Source: Octopus sinensis
Lineage: Eukaryota
Reading direction: 5' to 3'
DNA: 64,000 nt
Assembly (NCBI RefSeq): GCF_006345805.1
Contig: NC_043008.1
Coordinates: 62,372,001 to 62,436,000 of the forward strand
The notes under the pieces are model-generated. The model saw nothing but the letters and a program-made list of their open reading frames with translations, had not been told where the DNA came from and made no database searches. Shown piece after piece: positions 1-12,010 of the stretch (its first letter is position 1; each line of letters opens with the position of its first letter). A program made the position numbers and the translations under genes.

Positions 1-59
1 ACACAGCATTTATGGAGACAAATGTAGGGGATCACAGGGAATGAATAAGGTTGGTGGGA

Positions 60-345
60 GGTCAGCCAGCAGTCTGCATAGGTATTGGTGGTTAGGAGCC
101 CTGTTCTTATTTGTAGAGCAGTTAGTATTTAGGAGCAGACAGTATTACAGTAATATATTTGGGTTGTCGGCAGCCAGTGGTTTGAAGTTCACCAGGAGAG
201 TGTATCTCTGATGGCAGCAATAAGATAGGACTTCTTGTTGATAAATACTGCAGGTTAGTGGAGGATGTGCTGTCACTCACAGAAGCAGAGCTGGCAATTT
301 CAGACACTGGATGTGTAGTGTAGAGCCTTGTTTATGACACATCCC
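60..345 (-). mobile_element. Decayed Penelope-like element 3' end (GIY-YIG endonuclease C-terminus plus terminal region)
   Basis: Minus strand 296->178 reads CQLCFCE*QHILH*PAVFINKKSYLI then, after a frameshift, CHQRYTLLVNFKP. This matches the C..C..EK..IL......LNKRSEL...CRH...LL.N pattern of PLE endonuclease ends; it contains in-frame stops. Confidence 0.55.
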
Positions 346-813
346 TGTACACTATAATGTTACAATTGATATACAACTATAGAATAACATGTTATGATAA
401 ACTACAGAACACCTTAGAAAGAGTACCAATGTGTGTTTTTCATTTCTATACCTTTGTGTTCTAGACATGACTGACAACAGAAGAATTTTGTATCTATGAG
501 TTTGCTCCCTTTCAATTTCTCTCGTATTCTCCAAATCACTATAGACTTAATTTTAAATAATTCTCTCTTTCTCTGCAATACTGTTTATAATTTTCTCACT
601 GGAAGATTTATGATTTCTTTTAAAACCTGTCAAAAATAGAATCCTCTGTGTGACAATATTAACCATGTAAACCAGTTGTCAGTAAACCATCTTTTGTGAG
701 CAAAATTTCACATGATGTCTTCTGTATGTAAATAAGGAATCATCAAGAGAAAAATTGTAAATCTGAAACATTTTAATTATTAAAGCTAACCTGATATTCT
801 TATTATTTTACAG

Positions 814-857
814 GTGGTGGGCGTATTTTCTTAATCCCAAGATATACGAACTAAGTA
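814..857 (+). other. Candidate small host exon (unassigned)
   Basis: CTAAC branch-like motif (~786), T-rich tract and ...ttttacag acceptor ending at 813. It reads either GGGRIFLIPRYTN* (terminal exon) or WWAYFLNPKIYEL up to a GTATGA donor. No protein recognised. Confidence 0.3.
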
Positions 858-1464
858 TGAATTGTAGATGCTGAATAGCAATTAATCTACTGAGAAATGC
901 TTATTTTATTTTCTTTTTTCTTCTTTTTGATCAAGAACATCTGCAGGGAAATCATGGTTAATTTGTGCCAATTTTACTTCTTATGTGAGGAGAATAACCA
1001 CTGTATCAAGTGACAATATTGAGACAGATCTCAACCAGTTCTATAACTCCTGTTCATCCTTGTATACAACAAAATTTCTCTTACCTGTTGTAAGAGAAAT
1101 ATCTCATGGGATTTACAAACCATGAAATGCAGAAAAGCCAAACAGTAACAAATGAAATAATTATACGGAATTGACTTCTTACGTTGCTCTTTTTAATCCT
1201 TGTAAATTCTTACAGCGTGGTGAGAAATATGTTTGTATATTTCAAATTGACCAGGATTATCAAATAAAATCTGTTGGAAATAAAAGAAAAATTTCTGATT
1301 AAAAATTGAAGATTAAAAAAGAAAATTACTCAACATGAGTTACATGAGTTCTTGGTCAAATTTGAATTGATTTATATACATAGCTATATGTGTGTGTATG
1401 CATATGTGTGTATGCATGTGTGCATGAGTGTGTTTGTGTGTGTGTGTAAATTATATAAATCATC

Positions 1465-1845
1465 ATCATCATCATCGTCGTCATCATCACCGTCATTCAA
1501 CGTCTGACTTCCATGCATGTATGTGTAGGACAGTTGACAAGAGCCAGCTAGTCTGCTGTGTCTCTTTTGGCAGGGATTTTACGGCTGGATGCCCTTCCTA
1601 ATACCAACCACTCTGCAGAATGGACTCAGTGCTTTTTATGTGGTACCAGCACAGGTGAGGGCAGTTTTGGCATGATTTTTATAGTTGGTTGCCCTTCCAA
1701 ATGCCAGCCACTTTACATGGCACCAGCACTGGCGGCAGGATGACCAAATAACTTGCAAGAAAACGAATTTTGGGAGGGGCTGAGGCATTGGAGAAGGGGA
1801 TCTTTTGTCAGATGATGAAAGGTTAGTGTGTGACAGAGAAACAGG
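1465..1845 (-). mobile_element. SINE-like family C copy ((GAT)n-tailed, RTE-type 3' end), degenerate
   Basis: (CAT)n followed by ttcaacgtctgacttccatgc...ctggatgcccttcctaataccaaccactc; homologous to copies at 4251, 5335, 17310 and 45689. Confidence 0.75.
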
Positions 1846-2074
1846 TGGCAAGCTGGCAGAAACGTAACACGCCGAACGAATTGCTTAGCGGTATTTCATC
1901 TGCGGTCATGTTCTGAGTTCAAATTCCGCCGGAGTAGACTTTACGTTTCATCCTTTTGGAGCCGATAAATTAAGTACCTGTTATGCACTGGGGTTGATGT
2001 AATCGACTTAATCCCTTTGTCTGTCCTTGTTTGTACCCTCTATGTTTAGCTCCTTGTGGGCAATAAAGAAATAA
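1844..2074 (+). mobile_element. tRNA-derived SINE family A (subtype A1)
   Basis: ggcaagctggcagaaacgt...gagttcaaattcc (B-box-like)...ttagctccttgtgggcaataaagaaat; about 25 homologous copies in the window. Confidence 0.85.
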
Positions 2075-2957
2075 GAGACAGGTGTCTTGCTACAGAGGAG
2101 GTACTTGGTTACCCAGCGAGAGACAGAGAACAGAGAGAAGAGAATGTGAGGGAAGGGAAGAGAGAGAGAGAGGGGAGAGAGGTACAAGAAGGAGGACAGA
2201 AATAGGTGCAAAGATATAAAGGAGATACCAGGTAGAGGGAAAAGCAAGACGGGAGAGTTAGAGTGATAAAGAATAAAGGCAGAAATTGGTGTTTGCTGCT
2301 GTAGAGGAGATACATGGTTACCCAACCAGAAGGAAGAGCAAGGGAAAGAGAGAGAGAGACTGGGAAACAGCAAAGGTGCAAGAGAGAGCAGGAAAAAGAG
2401 AGTGATAAATTGCCAGGGTATATCACAAGTAACAAGTATCAGAGCATAGATGTGACGGTAGAGTAAGGGAGAGAGAGATAAATGGTGGCATTTGCCAGGG
2501 TATGCCCTTAAAGGGCGGAGGTCATAATATATATGGCCAAGTATTGTCAAGAAGGTGTGATTAGGGAGTGGGGATTGCAGTGACTGGTGAAAACCTGGGG
2601 ATAATGAAGGAGTGGGGGAACACTGTGATGCAGTTAACAGGGCAGTAAGGGTAGGGAAGGAGAGTGGGAAACAATCATTTTATATAAAGAGGGAATGTGA
2701 GAAAGAGAAAGATGCAGTTTAGAAGAGGAGAAGCAGTTCAGTTTTTTGGGGCAGGATGTGTAAAAAGTTTATTGTTACATGTGGATGGGACACAGTGATT
2801 CTAGCACTCAATTTCACTGATGTAGGCAAGTCTTCTCTAGAACCTCATATCACCAAACATCTCCATTGTTTCTTATAAGGTTGTCATTTGCTCCGTACTG
2901 CAACTAATGACGATGATGACGATGGTAATGATGATGATAGTAATGATATATATATAT

Positions 2958-3140
2958 AGGTGTAGGAGTGGCTGTGTAGTAAGTAGCTTGTTTACCAACC
3001 ACATGGTTCTGGGTTCAGTACCACAGCATGGCACCTTGGGCAAGTGTCTTCTGCTATAACCTCGGGCTGATGAAAACCTTATGAGTAGATTTGGTAGACG
3101 GAAACTGAAAGAAGCCCGTTGTATATATGTATGAATATAA

Positions 3141-3172
<32 letters not shown>

Positions 3173-3390
3173 ATATGTTTGTGTGTCTGTGTTTGTTCCC
3201 CCAACATTGCTTGATAATTGATGCTGATGTGTTTATGTCCCTGTCACTTAGCAGTTCAGCAAAAGAGACCAATAGAGTAAGTACTAGGCTTACAAAGAAT
3301 AAGTCCTGGCTTCGATTTGCTCGACTAAAAAAGGCAGTGCTCCAGCATGGCCACAGTCAAATGACTGAAACAAGTAAAAGAGTAAAAGAG
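2958..3390 (+). mobile_element. tRNA-derived SINE family B with CORE-like segment and internal (TA/TG)n
   Basis: aggagtggctgtgtagtaag...gggttcagtacc...ccttgggcaagt (resembles the MIR/CORE motif), microsatellite, conserved 3' module ending aagtaaaagagtaaaagag. Confidence 0.85.
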
Positions 3391-3824
3391 TATATCCATG
3401 TGTCAGTGTCACATGCCGTAATAGTAAAATATATTTATGGCAACATTTTTGAACATAAGTTCGTTGATTCATTGATCCTGTGTGTATATGTGTGTGGGTA
3501 TGTGCGTGTGTGTGTGTTTGTGTGTGTGTATATGCGTGTGCATAAAGATGATATCGTGTCTTCTAGTCTCTGGATTACTGGTCTCCAATGGATCGTAAAA
3601 ATCTCAGCAGTATATCAAAATAGATCTGAGTGACAAGAAATGACAATTGCCTCTTCACATTATAGATTGTTTTATAGGAACAGGTTTCAGGATATGCACA
3701 GGTGCCCTCATGAGAATTATTTTCTTTTTTCATTTTCGACAGGGAGAATATTGTAAGAGGAATGCTGATGATAATAGCGATAGTGACATTGATGAAGATG
3801 TTGTCATTGATGATCACGATGATG

Positions 3825-3970
3825 ATGATGATGACTCATGACGACAATGACGTCGACGATGATGATGATGATAATGATGACAATGATGACTGGCGATGTT
3901 GTTGTTGATGACGATGATGATGATGATGATGACAGTGATGATGTTGAGGATGAAAATAATGATGAAGATG
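3825..3970. repeat. (GAT/GAC)n trinucleotide tract
   Basis: Directly visible. Confidence 0.9.
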
Positions 3971-4099
3971 ACAATTTTTCTCTGTTACTCCTACGGATCT
4001 TGCACTTATATTTTCTATCTGCTCTTTTCCCCTCTCATTCTTCACCACCAACACACCAAAAATATATACACAACTACAAACACAAAGCATGTACAAAAG

Positions 4100-4179
<80 letters not shown>

Positions 4180-4219
4180 TTATATATATATGTATGTGTA
4201 TATGTATGTATGTATATAT

Positions 4220-4250
<31 letters not shown>

Positions 4251-4251
<1 letters not shown>

Positions 4252-4570
4252 CATCATCATCATCGTTTAACGTCCGTTCTCCATGCTAGCATGGGTTGGA
4301 CGGTTCAACTGGGGTCTGGGAAGACCGAAGGCTGCACCAGGCCAGTCAGATCTGGCGGTGTTTCTACAGCTGGATGCCCTTCATAACGCCAACCACTCCG
4401 TGTGTGTAGTGGGTGCTTTTTATGTGCCACCAACATAGGTGCCAGACGAGGCTGGCGAACGGTCATGCTCGGATGGTGTTTTTTATGTGCCACCGGCACG
4501 GAGGCCAGTCGATGCGGTGCTGGCTACAGCCACGTTCGGATGGTTCTCTTATGTGCCACCGGCACTGGTG
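4251..4570 (-). mobile_element. SINE-like family C copy with internal tandem subrepeats
   Basis: catcatcatcgtttaacgtccgttctccatgctagcatggg...; repeated tttatgtgccaccggcac units. Confidence 0.85.
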
Positions 4571-5162
4571 TCTGTGTGGTAAGATTATTGCTTCTTGACC
4601 ACAAGGTTCTGGGTTCAGTTTCACTGTGCAGTACTGCATACAAGTGTTTTCTGCCATTACCTTGAGAATATATTTGGTACACAGAAACTGAAAAAAGCTT
4701 GTAATGGATATATATATATATATATATAATATATATATATATATGTATGTATGTATATTTATATATATGTATATGTTGGTGTGCCACTTGTAGTAATAGT
4801 GAAATATATCTACTGCAGAATCAGTTGGTTGAAAATATAAGTTCACTGATTCAGTGACAATATTATTAAATTATATACAATGATAATATATGTATTTTTA
4901 TGTTTATCTGTGCTTGTGTGTGTATGTACCACACGACTATGCTCCACTTCAATCATTTCTTATTAAGTATTTTTCATGTTTCTGTGTTCATCATTTAGAA
5001 TAATTTAATTTGAAAATGTGAGTTTGAAGTTATCAAAACGTCTATGTAATTGATTTAGGAATGCAAGTGTTCCATGCTGAACATACAAGTCGAACAAAAA
5101 TCCCTAAGAATATGACTGACCATGATCATAGTTATGTTTATTAATATAATATCCTTTTTAAG

Positions 5163-5252
5163 TGTAGAGGATATGTGAAGACTTGAAAGAAATGAAACTG
5201 GTTTGCTTCAGTGGATGTGCATAGTCAGCGAATGTACAATGGAGTGCAAATG
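5163..5252 (+). mobile_element. Short RTE LINE ORF relic
   Basis: Reads VEDM*RLERNETGLLQWMC, matching the RTE ..RLERNE..MLRWMC motif. Confidence 0.55.
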
Positions 5253-5334
5253 TTTTGGTAGCTCTGTGGTGAGAAGCTTGCTTCCCAACCACACGGTTTT
5301 GGGTTTGGTCCCATTGCGTTTATAAAAAGCACCA

Positions 5335-5650
5335 TTCGAGCATGATCGATACCAGCAGCGCCTTACTGGCACTTGTGCCGGTGTGCAGGTGACACGTAAC
5401 AAATGTAAAAAGTGAAGAAAAAACATGATTTTTCCGGGGCCGTTGCCAGTACTCCCTGACTGGCCCTCATGCCGTTGGCACGTAAAAGCACCCACTACAC
5501 TCTCGAAGTGGTTGGCGTTAGGAAGGGCATCCAGCTGTAGAAACTCTGCCAGATCAGATTGGAGCCTGGTGCAGCCACTTGGTTCGCCAGTCCTCAGTCA
5601 AATCGTCCAACCCATGCTAGCATGGAAAGCGGACGTTAAACGACGACGAT
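5335..5650 (+). mobile_element. SINE-like family C copy
   Basis: ggcacgtaaaagcacccactacactc...catggaaagcggacgttaaacgacgacgat. Confidence 0.85.
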
Positions 5651-5919
5651 ATAAATATATATATATATACATATATAAATTTGGTATTCTGCTCTTATCA
5701 AGTACCTGCAGTAAAAGGATGTAGCTCACAAGGACATTCATGCTGACATGATTATTAGATTAGAGGACAAGGCTCTCACTCTATTAACAGTGCAAAAAGT
5801 GAGCAACTGAATTTAGGAGGGAAAAAAGAGTCTTGGATATGATCCAAGGTCTGGACGTTCTGCAGCTGCTACCACTAAGGAAAATATCGATTAGGTTCAC
5901 CACATGGTGATAGATTATA

Positions 5920-6164
5920 AGCGAGCTGGCTAAGGTGGCAAACTGGCAGAAACGTTAGCATGCCGGGAGAAATGCTTAGAGGTATTTCTTCTGTCTTTAC
6001 ATTCTGAGTTCAAATTCCACCGAGGGTGACTTTGCCTTTCATCCTTTCGGGGTCGATAAATTAAGTACCAGTTGCACACTGAGGTCGATGTAATCGACTT
6101 AATCCCTTTGTCTGTCCTTGTTTGTCCCCTCTATGTTTAGCCCCTTGTAGGCAATAAAGAAATA
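5920..6164 (+). mobile_element. SINE family A1 inserted in the mariner relic
   Basis: Flanked by the direct repeat AGATTATA (5912-5919, 6165-6172); the transposase reading resumes across it. Confidence 0.9.
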
Positions 6165-6844
6165 AGATTATAGGCGATTGACTATAAATCAAATAGAGTC
6201 CCATGAGAGAGTTGAGAATATTCTACCCAATGATCTTGACATGATAAAGGTCTCTGTTTAGTGGGGCCGCATCTTCTGATACCTGATAAAAAACACAGCA
6301 CGCTGATCACATCATAGGAAAAGCTGACATTGTTTGAGACAGATCCAGCTGGTTTTCTTGACTGCTTCTTGACCCAGCATGTGTGCTGGGTGCCTCACTT
6401 TGAGCCAGAGATAAAGAGACAAACCATACAGTAGAGTGTCCTCTGCACCTGCTCCCTAAAAAGACAAAGTAGTTTCATCTGCAGGGAAGGTGATGACCTC
6501 AGTATTCTGGGGTGCAAAAAGGCATCGTGTTTCTTGATTATCTTTGAAAGCACCACTCTATCAATGAAAGGTGCAATGCCAACTTGCTGAGGTGGTTATG
6601 AAAGGATTTCAATACCAGCTGCCCAATAAAACTGAGGAAAGGGGTATTGTTTCATCAGTACAATTCTCCAGCACACAAGTCCTTGCTTCCAATGGCTGCT
6701 GTGCGTAACTGTGGCGTTGAACTGGTTGATCACCCTCCCTTTTCTCCCAATTTGGCTCCATCTGATCATCATCTGTTCCCCAACATGAAAAACACTTGGC
6801 TGTAAACCAGTATCACAGTGATATGACATCATATATGCTGTTGA

Positions 6845-7155
6845 GTGGAGGCATATGGCCTAGTAGTTAGAGCAGTGGAATTGTGGGCAAAAGGTCATGG
6901 GTTCAAATCTCAGACAAGGCGATGTGTGTGTTTATGAACGAAACACCTAAGGTCCATGTGGCTTTGGCAGAAGATAATGGCAAACTGCTGCTGACTCTTT
7001 CACCACAACTTTCTCTCATTCTTTCCTCCTGCATCTTGCAGTTCATCTGCAATGGAGCAGAGTGCCATCCAGGTGGGGAACCTATAACCAATGTAACTGG
7101 GAAAATTGGTTGTTATGAGCCAGGCATGGCTTGAGAAGGAACAAACAACAATAAC
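6845..7155 (+). mobile_element. tRNA-derived SINE (family E) inserted in the mariner relic
   Basis: A-box-like tggcctagtag, B-box-like gggttcaaatc, (AAC/AAT) tail; TSD ATATGCTGTTGA at 6833-6844 and 7156-7167; body shared with the copy at 24129. Confidence 0.9.
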
Positions 7156-7339
7156 ATATGCTGTTGATTGGCTTTTTGACCAACAGGATGAAATCTTCTT
7201 CATCAATTGGTTCCAAGCACTGCAACACTGATAGAAGTGAGTGGATTACAAGGTGGACTATGCTGAAAAATAAACTCAATTGGCCACATTTCATGAAAGT
7301 ATCTATCTCAGCTTATGAACTTTTCAACCAGACCCCGTG

Positions 7340-7361
7340 TGTGCATATGTGTGTGTGTGTG

Positions 7362-7404
<43 letters not shown>

Positions 7405-7560
7405 TGTGTGTGAAATGTATTTTGTTGGATTCCTGTTTGGGTAATAAACTCATATATATGTGTGTGTATACAAGTATATACAGAGGCAAAAAGAGAGAAA
7501 GAGAGGGAGAAAAAAGAGAAAGAGAGAGAGAAAGAGAGAGAGAATGAGAGAGAAGGATAC
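7340..7560. repeat. (TG)n and (GA)n microsatellites
   Basis: Directly visible. Confidence 0.9.
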
Positions 7561-7719
7561 AAGAGATGTATATAGTGTCTGCATTTGAATCCAAAGTAGA
7601 GTGTAAGAGAGAAAGTTGACAAGAATAAAATTCACACATACGCAACAACTGTGAGTGTGTGGTTAATTCATTGCATACCACACACGATAATGATCTCAGG
7701 TGCCTGAGATCATTATGCT

Positions 7720-8010
7720 GAACCATTATGGCAGTTATTATGCTGAACTATTATGGCAGTTCTGATATTGCAACAAGACAATGGGTAGTGAAATCTTCAG
7801 TTCTATTGTCTTGCTTCTTTGCAACAATACACCACCTTATGTAGTTCAGGTGTTTAAAAGCTGACGTCTGTGATTGTAAATTTGAAGAACAACCTCTCCT
7901 TGTCTATTCACAAGATCTTGCTGTCTGCAGTTTTCACTGTTTCAGAATTTGAGGCACCGTTTGGACGGCAGAGGATTCTCCGATGATGAACCTGACTACA
8001 GAATAGTGGT
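7720..8010 (+). mobile_element. Second mariner transposase C-terminal relic
   Basis: LLLCNNTPPY...KFEEQPLLVYSQDLAVCSFH...NLRHRLDGRGFSDDE (decayed LLHDNA and YSPDLAP motifs). Confidence 0.7.
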
Positions 8011-8076
8011 TGGTAGAACAGAATAAATAATTCTATTCAAATATTAAAGAGTAGATCTGCAAACAATGCACAAAAA

Positions 8077-8269
8077 TTCAGTTGTGTCTGGGGAGAGTTA
8101 TTTTCTTTTTGTGCCTTATAATGTAACACAGTCACTGGTAAAATTTCCACTTATTTCTTATTTTTATAGGAAAATAAAAAAAAAAAAAGTAAGAAGTGGA
8201 AATTTTACCGGTGAGTATGTTACATTATAAGGCACAAAAAGAAAATAACTCTCCCCAGACACAACAGAA
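8077..8269. repeat. Fold-back inverted repeat, ~85-bp arms
   Basis: gttgtgtctggggagagttattttctttttgtgcc... is mirrored by ...ggcacaaaaagaaaataactctccccagacacaac with a few substitutions. Confidence 0.9.
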
Positions 8270-8440
8270 TATGCTTCAACACATGAACTCATATAAATAA
8301 TCTTGCAAATCAAATCCAAAAACGAAATGCAAAAAATGTTTTGGAGTTAATGGTAACTTTCTTGAAACTGTTAGTATTTGTCAGATGATAAAATAAAAAT
8401 TAAATGCAAAATTTTTTCCTGTTCTTCTGTCATTAAATAT

Positions 8441-10150
8441 ACTAGCAAATCTGCCCGTCTACGATGGAAGCATAAAATGCGAGAGGGAAATCATAACAGC
8501 AGTATGTATTGAGAAATATCTAAATGGACTTGATAGATTACTGGGTGATGTCTTGGAAAAATCCCATTATTGTTAGTAATACAGCATTCTATTCCAACTA
8601 TATGGCATGTGTTTGCAACTAAGTGACATATGATGACGATTCACTCCCGAACTAAAATAGGCTCCCAGCTTCTGTATCGTGAATGGTTATGTGAACCACT
8701 CCTAATGAAAGCCAGAGATTCCTTTGACCACCACATAAAAGGTATTAAGAAAAATATGTTATTTAGATATACTTTTATTTTAGTTGTTTACACTATTTTA
8801 CGCTTGTTGATACTTTTATATATTCAAAGTTCACAAATTATTTTATTTAAATTATGAATCATATTCTTTTCAATAATATCAATATGATTACAAAACTTCT
8901 TTGTAATTTATATATTCCGTTTGATCAACACTAATTTTCAAAATACTGGAGTCTATTGCTCTACTCATAGCAATGTGTAACTGGCCGAGAGTAAACATTG
9001 TAGCGGGTAAAAGTACAACTCCCTGATCTAAAGTCTGGCCCTGTGCCTTGTTTGCTGTGAATGCATGAGGGGAAACTTTGGGGTTGCAAAAAATTAAACT
9101 AAGACTTACCTCTCACTGTTCTATATGAATAATGTCTGGATGTTCTAGTACCCTAAGTTATTTTGATTGGCAAAATTGAGATACTCTTTACTTGTTTCAG
9201 GCATTTGACTGCGGCCATGCTGGAGCACCGCCTTTTAGTCGAGCAAATCGACCCCGGGACTTATTCTTTGTAAGCCCAGTACTTATTCTATCGGTCTCTT
9301 TTGCCGAACCGCTAAGTAACGGGGACGTAAACACACCAGCATCAGTTGTCAGGCAATGCTAGGGGGACAAACACAGACACACAAACATATACACACATAT
9401 ATATATATATATACATATATACGACGGGCTTCTTTCAGTTTCCGTCTACCAAATCCACTCACAAAGCATTGGTCGGCCCGGGGCTATAGCAGAGGACACT
9501 TGCCCAAGGTACCACGCAGTGGGACTGAACCCGGGACCATGTGGTTGGTTAGCAAGCTACTTACCACACAGCCATGCCTGCGCCTATAAGAGATGTAAAT
9601 AACAGCTGCTTTGATTAGCTGTTTTGAATCCTGCTCGAAACTGACACACTTCAATAACCACTATAAAATCACACACACTATATATATTTCTTTACTGCCC
9701 ACAAGGGGCTAAACACAGAGGGGACAAACAAGGACAGACAAAGGGATTAAGTCGATTACATCGACTCCCAGTGCGTAACTGGTACTTAATTTATCGACCC
9801 CGAAAGAATGAAAGGCAAAGTTGACCTCATACTGACACACACTTTTCCGTGTTATTTTTGCTATTAACCAACCTTGTGATCCCCTTTGTATCTATGATGG
9901 GGCCGCAAACAATACAATGGAAAACCAGAGTTACTCATTTGGTGAATTTTTAATAAAGATGCGAATGGGGTTTAACAATTCAAAAATCGATATCTACGAA
10001 ATAATCATACTTTCTGATGTTTTTATGCTTAAAAGCCGTCCTGACAATTATCTTTGTAATCCTGAAAAATATCATGACTATTGGTTCAGCCATGGGAATG
10101 GACAAAGAGATGGACAGGCAGACAGACAGACATAATGCCCATTATAGTAA
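8441..10150 (+). mobile_element. Possible Helitron-like non-autonomous element (interrupted by SINEs), abutting a second unit at ~10152
   Basis: 5' actagcaaatctgcccgtctacgatgg; 3' (GACA)n...cccattatagtaagat; a near-identical start motif recurs at 10152. Confidence 0.35.
9183..9585 (-). mobile_element. SINE family B, full length
   Basis: Reverse complement of the 2958-3390 structure. Confidence 0.9.
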
Positions 10151-10801
10151 GATAACAAATATGCCCATCTACGATGGGAAATAAAGGGATAGTATTGTAA
10201 ATCTAAACCCTCTAATCCCTTGAATGACACATTGTTGAGATTCCTGTTCATCCTGATGAGGGGGTCATTGCTGAGATGCACCTTAACTCATAATTGAACC
10301 ATGGAAGTGAACTCCTGAAATGAGTTGATTTTGTGGAACTCTCTTATGCTCCTGGACTCCAACCTACCATGGATTTTATGAAATGAACTTTTTTGACAAA
10401 TTTTCAACTGAAGGGAGTAAAAAAAGTAAAAAGAAAACTTTTTAGTCGAGTGATATTTTATTAAGGTTTTTAGTTGCATAACACGCTCTAGAATTTTTAG
10501 TTGATTGTATATACCTTCTTGATAGGCTGTTTTATATATTTGTATTTTTATTTGCATATACTTTTTTACCTTCTGTGTCTTTTATATATGTATTCCTTTT
10601 ATATGTTAAAGGCCATGGTAATATTTATATATGATCAAATTGTATGGGAGTGTGGTGTTACACAAAGTTGTTGACTCGAATTTGATGCTTATTCACAACA
10701 CACACACCACATTTCGTCTCTATACCAGATACTCTCCTATAAATGCACATCCCACTCCACCTGATCCTCCATTTCTAGCACCCCTTTAGAACTTCATTTC
10801 C

Positions 10802-11135
10802 ACCTGACCTCTAACCCGTTTTTTCTTCCCAGCTGCCTAATCAAATTCTTTTTATTTTCTCCCACCATATTTTCTAATTCTTTCTACCTGACCTCTAACC
10901 ATTTTTTTCTTCCCAACTGCCTAATCAAATTCTTTTTATTTTCTCCCACCATATTTTCTAATTCTTTCTACCTGACCTCTAACCCGTTTTTTCTTCCCAG
11001 CTGCCTAATCAAATTCTTTTTATTTTCTCCCACCATATTTTCTAATTCTTTCTACCTGACCTCTAACCATTTTTTTCTTCCCAACTGCCAAATGAAATTC
11101 TTTTTATTTTCTCCTACCATATTTTCTCATTCTTC
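10802..11135. repeat. 84-bp tandem repeat, 4 copies in ABAB order
   Basis: acctgacctctaacc starts at 10802, 10886, 10970 and 11054; diagnostic variants alternate (cccg..cagct versus ccat..caact). Confidence 0.95.
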
Positions 11136-11759
11136 ATGTTTTCTCTGATGAAGGACTCACATCGAAAAAGTCAAAATTCTTTCCTTTCTTTTTGAGTACA
11201 AAATTAATACAGTACTTGCTAAAATTTATCTTCAGCCCGCATTGTTTTATTTTTGCTCACTGCCTAACACAAGCACACAGACACATACACACACACACTT
11301 AAACATATATATGTATGCATGAATATATATATGTGCATATATGTGTGTGTGTGTGTGTGTGTGTGTTTATGTGTGTGCATGTATGCATATGTGTGTATAT
11401 ACATACGTATATAAGTAGAACAGGAAAACTAAAGAAGAATGAAAACTACATTTAAGATATATGCATACTAAAGAACCGATAAGGTTGAGCTGACTAAGTG
11501 TCTGATTTTCTGATTTTCTCAAACTTTTCTTTGCAAATTCCACAGACTATTAGTCAAGGAAATGAATGGAGCAACTTTAAAAGTGGCAAATTAGTTAAAA
11601 TGTCTGATATTATATCAATACATTGAATAACATAAAAGGAAACAGAATCTGTAAACTGGAAAAAGTTGATACCAAGCAGCTAAAATGTGTTGCAGTTATG
11701 TTTTTATCCGAATACAATTCAAATATGTTTCTATTTACATATTCAACATATTCATCCAT

Positions 11760-11800
11760 GTGGCTTTCTATATACATACATACGTACATACATGAACATA

Positions 11801-11894
<94 letters not shown>

Positions 11895-11945
11895 TATATA
11901 CACATATATGTATATATATATATACATATATGTATATATATATAC

Positions 11946-11977
<32 letters not shown>

Positions 11978-12010
11978 GCGTGTGTGTGTGTGTGTATGTA
12001 TCTGTACATA
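11760..12010. repeat. (TA)n/(TG)n compound microsatellite
   Basis: Directly visible; the overlapping ORFs are artefacts. Confidence 0.9.

Larger units (their letters stand above)
5677..7337 (+). mobile_element. Decayed mariner (DD34D) element with near full-length transposase relic, split by two SINEs
   Basis: IWYSALIKYLQ*K..KDIHADM; DPRSGR..ATT.ENI; SHERVENIL; SAGKVMTSVFW; GVLFHQYNSPAHKS; DHPPFSPNLAPSDHHLFPNMK; DQQDEIFFIN..QALQH; VDYAEK* (stop 7271-7273); TIR-like end tatgaacttttcaaccagacccc. Many stops and frameshifts. Confidence 0.9.
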
